A stretch of 63,993 nt of DNA, counting the filler, from Stramenopiles sp. TOSAG23-2 (taxonomy: Eukaryota): NCBI GenBank assembly GCA_900128395.1. It is 7 parts of 7 records of this genome, joined end to end, with 100 filler letters (N's around TTAATTAATTAA, not from the genome) between each part and the next. Parts side by side here need not be neighbours in the genome. Positions count along the whole stretch, not along the records: positions 1 to 9,234 come from LT650115.1; positions 9,335 to 18,540 come from LT650116.1; 5 more parts are not named here. One strand, 5' to 3'. Shown piece by piece: positions 1 through 12,735 of this stretch. The notes beneath the pieces are model-generated. The model worked only from the letters and a program-made list of their open reading frames with translations, was not told where the DNA came from and ran no database searches. Each line of letters begins with the position of its first letter. Position 1 is the first letter of the stretch. The position numbers and the translations under genes were made by a program.

Positions 1-1725
1 TTCTAATTATACAGTACATGTACAGTAGTAACTCTTTTTGCGTAAGCTGGTAAGCACGAAACACGCACTAGAGCTAGCTCTAGTTTAAGTTCTTACAGTA
101 TCATCAGCTGATACAGTAAATGAATAAAGTAGCTCTATAGATATACAGGACAGTACAGGACAGACGACAGCACGACTGTACAGTATACATACAGGTACAA
201 CAGATAAAAGAAAAATTTTACGAGGATGAGAAGATGCGCTGCAGCTGCAGATCGCAGCAGTAAGATACAAACTTATGGAAGGATCTTCCATATACATTTC
301 TGGTATTCTTATTATGAATTATTATATGAAAAATATAATATATATCATTATAAATATCATCATGAAGTATCGGATATTTGATTTTAGTTTTCAAATTTTA
401 ATCATTTTCACATTATACGTGTATATAGACAAAAACTACCAAAATTTTCGTGGAGTTGGATGGATATTTAGCATGGATTTACTATTATTTAAGGTAAAAT
501 ATAAAGAGTAAAGTTTTTTGGATATTATTAGAATTATGAGAAAATAAATAATATGCACCATATAACGATACAGAATGGGCATATTTTTGAGAATAAAATA
601 GATCTTCTTGTTTATAAAATAAATACAGCGTATAACACATATATATCCTGATATATTGATCAAGCAAATACAAAGCACAATCCTTATATGTGTATATATA
701 TATTTATATACAATAAATATATATAAATATATATAAATATCCATTGATAGTTTCACAAAGATTTAATAATGGATCAAGATATGTTGTTAAAAAAAAAAAA
801 TACGAAACGTATTGTTTTACAAAACAAATCTTTAAGAATACGACTGAAGAAATACCATGGTGGTAGGAGTGAGTGAAATCTAATAATATTGTGAGAGATG
901 AAAAAAGAACAAAACAAAAGAAAAAAGTTATATCTAGTCTATATATATATACTTACTATTTATATAGAAATAAAATCAATACAAAAGAGAGATAAAAAGT
1001 GAAAAATTAAAAAAAGGATAAAAATGTACCTGTAAAAGTTGGTAAAATAAATGCAATTTTTACAGCATTTATTTTATTTTGTATTGTACTATGTATAAAA
1101 TTTCCTATTAAATATTAATTGCTTCGGCACCACACAATACACAATGTATTAACATCATATTATGACTATTACGAGATCTGGGAGATCTAGCATTAGGGCA
1201 TAGATATAGGTACTGTACATTCAGGCTTCTCCCTGGTACATTGATAGTTGATTTCTAGAAGGTTCGGTATGAGATAGAGAGAGTGGGATAGGTAATATTG
1301 AAATTAGACTATAAAAATATGTACTGTACTATTTGAAGAGTGCATCCTGACGACAAGCACGACACACATATGCTACTGATATCGTTAAATCTTTGTTTGC
1401 ATTAATATTGAAATAACATTACAGATCATGTAAGTTTCACCTCGCAGAGAGGCCAGTATTATTCCATCGAGGCAGCATTGCCAGAAGATTGCCAGATTGC
1501 CTGGCCTTAGCTGGATGATGCCTGGATTAGCTATACCAGATTACCATTATATTCCTGCATTTTATTCAAATATTACTTTTTAATAATTACTAATAAATCT
1601 ATGTGGAGATGTATGATATATATGTAAACTAAAACGAATTGGAATATAATACAAATCAAACAAAATAAGAAACATATTAAACATACTAGTCAAACAAATA
1701 AAGTAAAAAAAAGTTAATAAATAAA

Positions 1726-2755
1726 ATGGATCCACGCGAAGAACACGTATACATGGCAAAGCTTGCTGAACAAGCTGAGCGTTACGACGAAATGGTTGAA
1801 CATGTAAGTAAAACATATGTACATAATATATATATATACACACACTTACTATATGTTGTTTTAGTTGACTGATATATATATTGTTATTACGTTTCTCTTC
1901 TCGTAGGCAACAACGATTCCAATTTAAAATATATATATATATATATAGGATGATTGGATATAATATAATAGATATAAAGATATATATATGTCACCAAACA
2001 ACTATAAATTTCTTGATGTCATGAGTCATAACTAACAATATATTTTACACCCTTTACTATACTATAATATGATACAGATGAAAGCAGTTGCTGAGGCAGG
2101 CAAAGACCTTTCCGTTGAAGAACGTAACTTATTATCTGTAGCATACAAAAATGTTATCGGTTGCAGACGCGCATCATGGCGTGTACTTTCTTCCATCGAA
2201 GAGAAAGAAGCAAACGGCAACAACGAAGCTTTGATTAAAGATTACAGGGAAAAAGTTGAAGCTGAACTCGAGAAAATCTGTAGTGATATCTTGACCGTCA
2301 TTGATGAATACCTTGTACCAAATGCTGGTACACCAGAAGGACGTGTATTTTACTTTAAAATGAAAGGTGACTACTTACGTTATTTGGCTGAGTTCCAAGT
2401 TTTGGACAAAAAGAAAGATAGTGCTGCAAAAGCATTAGATGCATACCAAAATGCACAAGATGCGGCTGGTAATAGTGACAATGGCTTACCACCAACCCAT
2501 CCAATCCGTTTGGGTCTTGCACTTAACTTTTCTGTTTTCTATTATGAAATCCAGAATAACCCAGAGCAAGCATGTCAACTTGCTAAAAAGGCATTCGATG
2601 ATGCTATTGCAGAATTGGATACACTTTCAGAAGAATCATACAAAGATTCAACACTTATCATGCAATTGTTACGTGATAACTTGACTCTTTGGACATCTGA
2701 TAATGATGATGGTGGTCAAGGTGAAGGTCAAGATATGCGAATTGAAAATTTGTAA
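1726..2755 (+). CDS. 14-3-3 protein, two exons (1726-1803, 2078-2755), 251 aa
   Basis: Exon 1 reads [26 protein letters not shown], then a GTAAGT donor at 1804, an ACTAAC branch point and a CAG acceptor at 2077. Exon 2 has [36 protein letters not shown] and [19 protein letters not shown]. Confidence 0.98.
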
Positions 2756-3377
2756 AAGGTTAGCCAGGTTGGTTAGCCAAGTTAGGAAAAAAAAATAGGT
2801 TTTAAATTTTTATTAAAATATTAGAAAAATAAATATTTTATTACGCTCGTAAAGAATATTTATCAGTGGTGTGTGTATGTGTGTGCGTTTACATTACTTG
2901 ATTTTAAATTTTTACGAGTGTTATACATGGTAAAAAAAAAGTAGTGTATATATGTACACATGTACGACGTAAAATATTTTATTATATATTCATATATGTG
3001 ATATAAAAAATTCTCTTACTTAAAATTTAAAAAGATTTTATTTACTCATAAATATATATAATATGTAAACACTAAAAACGATGAATACTTATAATAATAT
3101 GTCAAAAGTAATTTCATAAAATGGAAAAGATATAACCGTATCCTCATGCAATTCCTTATATTGATTTCCGTATTTAAAAAATCCCGTTATGCTTATGCCC
3201 CGGTCCTCATCATGGAAGTTCTCAATTCTTATATGTGATATATATTAACGTACTTCGTAATATACTTCGTACTTCATACGTATCATATATCTCATTATTA
3301 ACTGGTTTGTTATATCAATATATATATTGATGCAACATTGAATTCATATTATATCTATAAGCGCACCCTCTTCAATA

Positions 3378-3543
3378 TTTTTCATCAACAGTAGGTTGAT
3401 AACACATCTATTTTTACCTCATCGGTAATTTCTGTTACAGAAATTATTGACACATCTTGTGAGATAGATGTTAATATTGGCTCAGTCACTGTATTCTTTT
3501 GAGAGTACTGAATTGTCATGAGTAGGAATAAAGAATTAAAATA
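3378..3543 (-). repeat. Dispersed repeat family, copy 1 (related copies at 18894-19048, 43004-43074, 53876-53926)
   Basis: Shared core CTCAAAAGAATA...AGCCAATATTAA...ATCTCACAA.ATGTGTCAATAA...CTGTTGATG aligned by eye across different contigs. Confidence 0.75.
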
Positions 3544-3977
3544 CCATTTTATATATAATATTATATTATTTCTACGCGTATATTTTATAAAATTTTATAA
3601 TAAATAAAAGATTGAAAATGATTTTTATTTTTTTTATTAAACACACACGGTATGATATCATATACTATTTTTAAAATTTAACAATTTGGGGTATATGTGC
3701 CCTCCTTGTTTCTGACATTTGTAACACGCGCACATATTTTTCCTTCGATAAAAATAGTAAATTTAACTAGCTACCGGGTATGCTGAATGATATGACAGAG
3801 GAAAAACTTTGACCCAACCAATCGTTCAGATTATCTCTCATTTGTTTCATTAAATATGTTGCATCAGCATATCTATCTTCATCTAATTTATCTATCCATG
3901 CAACTGCAGCATCAAATGCTTGTTTACAATGACCAGCAGCTCGTCTTTTTTCATTTTATATATGTTTCAATTTTTTT

Positions 3978-5989
3978 TTACACCGCTAAATCTCTTGTCG
4001 ATGGTTGGTTGTTGCTATTGTTGGAATTATTTCTTTTGTTCATTCCTCCTACATAAATCATTTTCTCACGCTTTGACAATTTACGATAAAAATACAAGAA
4101 ACATCGCTTTATACACGATATGATTAAAAATAATTTCGAAAATGCAAGGAGTGATATTACAATGAAATCAATTAATTTATTGCATTTAAATATACAAAAA
4201 ATATAGATCAATAATGTTAATAGTAAGGCCAAGGTGAAGAATAAATGTTCCAATATAGTTAGCTCCTCTCCAGAACGTATAATTTCATATTTTAACTTTG
4301 TTTTATCTGCCGCTTGACTATTTTGATAATATTCAATATTATCATCATTTAATAATGGACGAGCATTGACATGTGGTTTATCTAATACAAAATTCTGTAA
4401 TTTGGAATATTCATTTAATAAAAAATACCAATAGCATATTTCTGCATCAGGTGATAAATATTCTGATGCAAATGTAGAACTATCTATTGCCAGTTTTCGT
4501 ACAATTCCATCGTTTCTTCTAGCCCATAAAACTTTTTCGCGAAGATTTGACAAATTTTTAGCGACTGGAATATAATGTACATCTTCCTTTAAAAATTCTA
4601 TTGTAAAATCAGTGAAATCATTATCTACTCTGAAAACCGCCATGTCTAAATTTATAATTTCTTTCATACGTGAACTCCAACTAAATCCTTCTATATCAAG
4701 CATATATTTATATTCATTTTGTTGTATTGCATATGGAAGAATCAATAAATTTGGATTTTTTTTACCTATAGGATCACTAATATTACAAGGTATTTTCCTT
4801 TCTGGCCATAAAATCATCATAGGCGATGAAAATGCATAGTTTATTAGATCAGTGTTTGCGCCACTAAATACGCATGCATAAGACCGAGGATTAAAATCTT
4901 TACTATATGGTTGTTTATCTTCAATGGCTTTCCAAGAAAAAAAATTACCTGTCGGGGCGCCTCTCCAAACCAATTTGCCTTTTCGATTTCCCCATTTTTG
5001 TGGAATACCAAGTCCAAGTCCGTGTCCATGTTGAAGGGCTGCACCATCTGCGGAATACGGTACTGCAATGCCACCTTTACATGTATCACATTTTTGAATA
5101 CTATATGAAAAGACAGGAATATCTAAATCAGTACCTTTAGTTGAAATATCCTGTGTATTAAGTAGAAAATCAACGTTTGGTATAATATTTTCATTATTCA
5201 CATTATGATTATTGCTTCGCATATCATTATTATTAAATATATTAACAACTTGCCATAGTTGTGCAAGTGTATATTTTTCTCGTAGGCCTAGATCTGGAGT
5301 ACAACACGTTGAGCTATACTTTGGAGAATATGGACAACACGATGCCGGAATACCATAAACAATTCCATCAATTATTTGTATTCTTATTTGAATGCCACCC
5401 GCTAAACTAGATTTTCCTGCTACCTTTTTATATGCATTTTCCATATCATCGCTTGATATACTACCACGATCATGGCTATTTAAAATTTTTACATTAGTTT
5501 CATCATCATCATCATTATTATTATTATTATTATTTTGACGCTCCTTCTTCAATCTCTCAAAATTTTTACATTAGTTTCATCATCATCATTATTATTATTA
5601 TTATTATTTTGACGCTCCTTCTTCCAAGGTTTTAACATTTCACGTATCTTTTTTAACTGCAACTCTTTTGTTGCTTTACATTTAATTGCAGGATTGAAAT
5701 TTAAACTCATTCCTTCCTGTAGTGGATCAGACGGCATCCATGCATTGATTCGCTTTGGTGCTAATAAATCAATTGGATATAATTTTTTAAATACACACGA
5801 TCTTACGTTTTTGATTGATAAAAGATGATATTTTTTATCTATTTCTGTACAACCAGAACTTCCTACTCCAATATAAAGCGCAAGTGGCAATATGGAGAAA
5901 AAAATAGAAAATAAAATTATATATATAACAAATTTAATTTTTTGATTTATCATTGGTAATATTGTAGTATCATGTGTTTTCATGTTCAT
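3978..5989 (-). pseudogene. Glycosyltransferase family 90 (CAP10/KDELC/POGLUT-like) membrane protein, interrupted by an out-of-frame tandem duplication
   Basis: ORF 5549-5989 holds the N-terminal TM anchor. ORF 3978-5552 holds IPNVDFLLNTQD, KLVWRGAPTG, YKYMLDIEGFSWSSRMK, HYIPV and YWYFLLNEYSKL plus C-terminal TM segments. Both ORFs share the duplicated KKERQN7D3-4ETNVKIL segment. This could be an assembly artefact. Confidence 0.75.
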
Positions 5990-6654
5990 TTAAACTATAT
6001 ATACAATTATTATTATTATTGCATCAATTACATCTATGTATATATATATAGATAGATAGATATCGCACTCTACTCAGGACCCCAGAGATTTTCCTTGCCA
6101 GTACCCTGAAAAGGAAAACAAACGCGTATCTTTTCTTGTTTCCATTTATTACATGTGTTGCTTTACATATTATATATAATAATAATAATTTAAATGAATT
6201 AAAAAAAAATTAATAATAATAAAGCGATTAAGGAATTAGTGCAATATGATACATTAATGTAATTGTATTAGCTTACGAGTATATAAGGACACAGCATTAC
6301 AGGAGCTAGAAAAGACTGCCCCCTTAAAAAGGTCAAATATTATATACCTTAACCTGGTATTATATTAATACGTACTGATTGATGTGTATCATCAGAGAGA
6401 TGATGATATAGACGTTATTAATTACTCTGATGTACACATCTCCTTTGCATAAATATATAGATGTTAATAACAAAATATATACTGTAATGTACAAGCATTG
6501 TATCATCACGAATCGACTATCCTATAGACGACTGTAGAAATTTACAATATACTGTCCACTATATATCCTTTTTGCATTGGATCATCACGAATCAAGCCTG
6601 TAGAAATTTACATATCTAAATATATATGTACGTGTACTTACTATAAAGAGAAAG

Positions 6655-7545
6655 ATGGATTCGTATCAAGGAAAATCGTTGATATCTAATATTAAAAACC
6701 AAATGAATATGGAAGCAAATGAAAAACGTAAAGTGACATTTAATCCAGGAGATTTAGTGAAAATTTTACCGACATCCATTCGTCCAGAACATGGTTGGTT
6801 GGCACGAAAAGGTGAAATTGGAACAGTAAATAAAACTATCATGTTAGATAAAAAGAAAATGGTTTATGTAGAGTTTCCACGTTACATGGTACATATGACA
6901 TATGATAACTATGTACATTTAGAAGATGTTAATCGTGAAGAATTATTAGTTCAAGCTAATTTAGCAAATGTTACAAAGCGCCATATGGATTGCTTAGGCT
7001 ACGTTGAATCATTATGTGTTCCACAAGGGCCAGATTTTACATTAGAGGAAAGAAGAATTTATGCCATTGCATATAAAAATGTATTTAATGGTTATAGAAA
7101 AAGTTTGAAAAAACTATTGTCCAAAGCAGAATTGTCATTAGCAGATAGAAATTCAAATATAAATAAAAAGAAAACATATGCAAATTTTGTCTTTAATAAA
7201 GTGGAAGAGTTTAGTGATATGGTTGAAGAAGCTATTTTTTTAATTGAAAAAGTATGTTTGCCTAATTGCCATCGGACACATAATAGCGAAAATATTGTAT
7301 TTTTTTACAAATGCAAAGGTGATTTTTTGCGTTATTTACTGCATTTTAAAACTGGAGAACCAAAAAATAAATTAATACGTAGAAGTGGCCAAGCTTATGT
7401 TTATGGTTATAGGCTTGCTCAACGTGGGGAGGAAAATTTATGTGAAGGTTTGATCCCGAGTCATCCTATAAGATTAGGGTTATCATTAAATTACAGTGTA
7501 TATCTATATCAAGTAATATATATGATTTGTATCTTTAAATTATAA
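6655..7545 (+). CDS. Divergent 14-3-3-like protein with a ~90-aa N-terminal extension; C-terminal helices missing or on an unresolved exon
   Basis: FTLEERRIYAIAYKNV, FFYKCKGDFLRYL and PSHPIRLGLSLNYSVYLYQ align with 14-3-3 helices 3, 5 and 7. Confidence 0.8.
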   Translation: MDSYQGKSLISNIKNQMNMEANEKRKVTFNPGDLVKILPTSIRPEHGWLARKGEIGTVNKTIMLDKKKMVYVEFPRYMVHMTYDNYVHLEDVNREELLVQANLANVTKRHMDCLGYVESLCVPQGPDFTLEERRIYAIAYKNVFNGYRKSLKKLLSKAELSLADRNSNINKKKTYANFVFNKVEEFSDMVEEAIFLIEKVCLPNCHRTHNSENIVFFYKCKGDFLRYLLHFKTGEPKNKLIRRSGQAYVYGYRLAQRGEENLCEGLIPSHPIRLGLSLNYSVYLYQVIYMICIFKL

Positions 7546-8047
7546 ATAAGAGAAATTTTTATATGATTTGTACACGAAGCTTCTCGGAATGTATTAAAAT
7601 ACGACACAGGAATTTTTTGGGGAGCGTTGAACATGTAGGTGTAGGTGTAAATGTAGTGTGCGCGTGTTAGTGTGTGTGTGTATATTTTTTAAATATTGGA
7701 TTAACATAAATCGAAGAGTAATATCAAAATATAATACATGTACAAAAGTTAGTAAAATTATGATATACTCCTCTCGTAAAAATATTCGGTACGAAATATT
7801 AGAATATATGACGATAGTTTTTTATTTGCCCTTTTAAATATATTTATAAAAAAAATACATTTTGACAACATTAAAATATGTTCTATTTTTTCTTTATGCC
7901 ATACATATACACTCTTCGTTGTCTCTCGCTTTCTCCCCTCTTTTTTGACAATGTATTTTAATTTGTATTTATAGCTATATATATATGTGTGTCTGTGTGT
8001 GTCCTTCTTCTTTTTCTTGTGTCTTACATTTCAAAAAACTAAATTAT

Positions 8048-8785
8048 TTATGCTAAAGAATCCAACAAGGATTTTCTCATCTTGTCGGACATTTCTGTAT
8101 TTTGTTGTTTTTGTAATTTTAAAATCGATTCAATCACAGATATTTCTGTAGATGTGGTATCCAAACCACAAAATGCACTCCAATCATTTGCTACTAAACC
8201 TGCTCCAACTACATCACTACCACGATTTACCGTACCTGCAACAAGTGGAATTTGTAATAATGAACTCAATTCTTCCATATCTTCCACGGAAGTTTTTGGA
8301 TGTACAATACCACCTTGATTAGTAAAACGTGAATAACTTCCAACTAGTGCATTTCCAGCAATAGTTTGCCTAAAAGCTTCTACTCCTAATACATCACATA
8401 CTATATCTTCTGTTTCCCGATCGATATCAGCATGTATTAATGCCACGTGATCATTAGTAGCGATACAATTTCCAAGTGCTGATAAACGCTCATCGATACG
8501 TTGTACTTTAATCTTATCTGGTAAAGCATTGCGAATATGCTGTAACTCTTGATCTGTTGCTGTACTAGGTAACAATAGACCATTTTTATTTCCAACAACA
8601 ACTCTTCCAACAAATCTACAATCTGCTATTGATGTATGAACGACTGGTATGTGATCTGATAATTCACTTTCAAAAACAGAATAAAAATTCTCACTTCCAC
8701 CTTGACATACCAAGCAATAACTATTTGTTAAACATGCAAATACACCAATTTCATTAGAGTTCTCAAACTGTACACGCGTAGCCAT
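8048..8785 (-). CDS. EIF6: Eukaryotic translation initiation factor 6
   Basis: 245 aa. [41 protein letters not shown] and [12 protein letters not shown] are typical eIF6 motifs. Confidence 0.98.
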   Translation of the reverse strand: MATRVQFENSNEIGVFACLTNSYCLVCQGGSENFYSVFESELSDHIPVVHTSIADCRFVGRVVVGNKNGLLLPSTATDQELQHIRNALPDKIKVQRIDERLSALGNCIATNDHVALIHADIDRETEDIVCDVLGVEAFRQTIAGNALVGSYSRFTNQGGIVHPKTSVEDMEELSSLLQIPLVAGTVNRGSDVVGAGLVANDWSAFCGLDTTSTEISVIESILKLQKQQNTEMSDKMRKSLLDSLA

Positions 8786-9234
8786 TTTTGTCTTGTTTTA
8801 TATAATATTCTTCTCTCTTTTTTTTTTAAATCTCTCTCTTTCTTTTATTAATTTTAAACTCTCTCTACTATATATAAATATGTATATGTATATATAATAT
8901 AACTCTATTTCTAATTAATATCTATCACTGTATATATATGTTCTGTATATGTAAATATAATCTATATTCCCTGTGTTTACTTTCTTCTTTTATGTTTCCA
9001 TCATATATAACTTTATATCTATGATATATTTGATAAATCATTATACTGGTATATGTTTCATATCTGTGTGTGCTAATATTCGTGCATGCTTCTTCTTCGA
9101 CATCGACCTTTTTTTTTTCTGGTCATCTCCATCTTCTCTCTCTCTTCTCTCTCTCTGTGTGTGCGTACAATTTTTTTTTATTGTATCTGCCCTGACATAT
9201 GTTCAATTAAACACAAACTTGTCTGTATTTTACC

Positions 9235-9334
9235 NNNNNNNNNNNNNNNNNNNNNNNNNNNNNNNNNNNNNNNNNNNNTTAATTAATTAANNNNNNNNNN
9301 NNNNNNNNNNNNNNNNNNNNNNNNNNNNNNNNNN
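9235..9334. other. Artificial contig-joining linker
   Basis: N44-TTAATTAATTAA-N44 (stops in all six frames), identical at six places. Confidence 0.99.
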
Positions 9335-10676
9335 TTACGTTCTCTATCGTATCAGATGGTTCAACATCTAACGTGATAGTTTTACCAGTTAAAGTCTATA
9401 TATATGAATATTTGTTAGTTAGTTATAGCTATTATATAAAGTTTTGTTATTATAGTGGTGAAAGAATCATGTATCAATTTACTTACTTTGACGAAGATTT
9501 GCATGATTGTTTTGTTTTTTGTTTCTTGTTTTGTTGTTTCTTTTGTTTTGTTTTGTTGTTCTGTATCGTTTTCTTTTTGTTGTTTTGTTTTCTTTTCTTT
9601 TGTTGTTATATTTTTCTCTATGTCTGTTCTATCTATCTATCTACATGTATGTGTGTTATTACTATCTATGTATTTGTAAAGTGTTGGTTTATTTGAAAAC
9701 ATGCACCATATTTTGATATCCGAAATCAATGCTATTCCCATGTTAAATCTTCATTCGATTCACGCCGCCAAAAACTACTAAGATTGTTCCATCATACTTT
9801 AACTTCTTTTATTTGTTGATCCTTTCTCTTGTCATTTTTTAGATTAAGATGATAGATGGATTCGAGAGTGCGTTGTAATGCTATGTTCATGCTATTTGAT
9901 GAATATAGCAAGGGTCAAGAGTCAAGAGACGATTTTAAATAGGTAGGTATAAATCTGCTGTATATAGTAGTTTTATACATACAGTTCATATTACAGTACG
10001 CGCGTAGTATAGTAGTCGTCTAAAATGGATTTTTTTAGTTTTTGTTTTGATGGATAGTTTGTGATACAGAGATATACTCGATTCCCTTCGTTCTTCCCTG
10101 CTACAGCCCATACCTTAAAATATGAGAGATTAAGATGCATTTAAGTGCATACTATGTACTAAAAGTAACACACAAGTACAATATTATCCTATCAAAGAAA
10201 ATTTAGAAAGGAAATAGCACAGAGGTGCCACAAAGAAATTTCATTACTTAAATTCGTGTTATTACTGACGACAGTATTAGTGCTATCCAGCTACTGTATG
10301 TACTCTGTTACTCTGGGTACTCGTGCTACAGTAATACTATTTTGATTATTAAGGTTATTATAAAATCACATTTTTGGAAAAACGGAAAACCCGAAAGAAG
10401 AAGTGCAATTTTCAATCAATTCAATTCAAAAATATATACATTTACTATTACATTCGAATTTACAGAAACACAATAGAAGGAAGAATGGCATAGACTATCC
10501 ACAACATCAAATTAAAAGAATAATATTAAAACATATACATTACTGTGATAATCAATATCGTTTGCCAGATTTTATACAAAGCTATATAATAAATCTTACA
10601 AATATACAGTATAATCAAGATACTATATATACAAAAATAAACACACACACAAATTATATAAATATACATACCAAGA

Positions 10677-11786
10677 ATGTCATCCATACTAACTGAAAAT
10701 ATAAAGAAAACACCACCATTAATTTCTGAAATAACGAAAAATAATGATACCGAAGAAGAAGAAGATGGAAATAAAATAGTTATTGAAGATGTAACGAATC
10801 TACAACAGCAACAGCAACAAAGCAGTAGTAAACCATTATCAGCTGATACTATTAGTAAGGAATTGCAAAATTTAGATTTCAATACTGAAAATACTGAAGA
10901 ACAAGGACGTTATGAATTTACATATGTACCTTCTCAGTTCAGTTTAAAAAAAGATACAGAAGGGAAAACGCTATTGAAAAAATGGGGATTTGAATTCGAT
11001 ATGGTATACGAAGAGTTTCGTTTTGATGAATCGTTTAAACCGGAGAAATTGGATCATTTTCTATTAGATTTTTTCAATTCAAGAAGTGTCCAAGGTACCG
11101 TTAAAGTTAGTAGCAAACGTAGTGGCTTAGTCAATATGATGGGAAAAGCAACTAAAGTGGAAAGTGAAATGTTAAAAACAAATGTTTTAAATATGTCATT
11201 TTTTGACAAATTAAAGGAAGAAAACATCATTGGTGAAAATGGTTATATTCGTGGATGCATGCCAGAACGATACAGTGGTTGTGAAGGTGGTAGTTTATTA
11301 CGTGAAATGTTCATTAATGAAGATTCAGAAAGTTATTTAGCATATGATGATGATGAAAAAGAAGAATTATTATTTCATATCATGTAAGTATTTATACATC
11401 ATATATCTCTATATATTCTTATACACGGATGCAATAATACAACAAACAGAAAAACAACTAACAATATATATATATGTTCATACAATTACTAATTTCAAAA
11501 CAATAGGCATCGTATATGTATAGGTGGAAGCATGTGTCAACCAGAGGATAATGCAAAAATATATTTAAGTACCGCCAAACAACTTTATAAAGAATTTGTT
11601 GCTGTACGTAAAAATAAAAATACCAATGCTTTATATGTAGCTAGTGTACCAATCGCAATCAATAATATTACTGGTATAAATTTATTTCCAGATGCAGATT
11701 CACCACATAACTTTTGTTATTTAATTGTTGATCCACAACGTCGTGCTGTGAAATATTGGTCTGCAGCTTTCGTTGATTTTTGGTGA
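10677..11786 (+). CDS. CFAP300: Cilia- and flagella-associated protein 300 (C11orf70/DNAAF17, dynein arm assembly factor); exons 10677-11383 and 11507-11786
   Basis: Motifs LKKWG, FLLDFFNS, MSFFDKL and KEELLFHIM|HRICIGGSMCQPED...YLSTAKQLYKEFVAVRK...NFCYLIVDP. The intron GTAAGT(11384)...ACTAAT...TAG(11506) restores the frame. Confidence 0.9.
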
Positions 11787-12735
11787 AAAAAAACAAATAT
11801 TTGCACTGTGTGTGTGTAATGGTTAAATGGTGTGTGATGATAAAATATGATGGTTGAAGAAAAGTAATTTTACAAAAGCGTATGACGTCAGGGAGTGTAT
11901 TATACGACTCGTACGAGAGTAGCTTCTTACTACTTCGTACGTACCTTATGTAAAAGTGGCGTTCGTAAAATATATACGAAGCTCGTAATTTTTATAAAAT
12001 GATTACGTTTAAAATATTATTGTGTTAAAAAGAATTTTTTTAATGCACGCACTAAAACATATGCTATATTGCAATAGATATATCTGCCGTCTGTGCGTCT
12101 CTCACTTACAAGGATACATCTCTTTGATTATGTCTCTGTGTTCATTCCAAAACACGTACATGTATCACATGAACACGCACCAACTCTATATAATATATTT
12201 TAAATTAAAACAACAATACGAAAACATTCGAAGAGGGTCATATATATATTTATTATACATGTTTATAATTACGGGAGTACAGTAATATTTACTCCTCGTA
12301 CAAAAACGAATTTTGTGATATGAGAGAGAAAAAGTGTAAAAAAATATATTGAACAAATAATAATTTTCACTAAGAATTCTATTTGTCATCCATTATATAC
12401 TAATAACTACCTCTTCCCTATTAAAAAAACTTATCAGGTTAATAATAACGGCACATCAACAAATGACGAACGAAAAAATTTTGAATGAAAAAATGAATAA
12501 TTTTTCATAATTTCAATTTCAATATAATTCGACGACTATAAGTTGCATAGCACTATAATCAAAACTAATAATAATGTGCTATAATAATTCATAATATGTA
12601 TATCAAAATCATTCACACTGTGTGATGGATAGATACAATAGATAGATGCATTATATATCCCCCTGATCAACAAATTATCATATACAACCATATATACAAC
12701 CATATATATATATACATATATATAAACAAAAGATC

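Noticed and set aside
85-1700. Short Ile/Tyr/Phe-rich ORFs here, at 8973-9716 and elsewhere, plus antisense ORFs inside real genes
   Set aside because: They arise from AT/TA microsatellite-rich intergenic DNA or are shadows of coding strands.
5470-5640. An intron that would repair the GT90 frameshift
   Set aside because: The best GTAAAA...ACTAAT...TAG candidate joins out of frame and hits TGA immediately.
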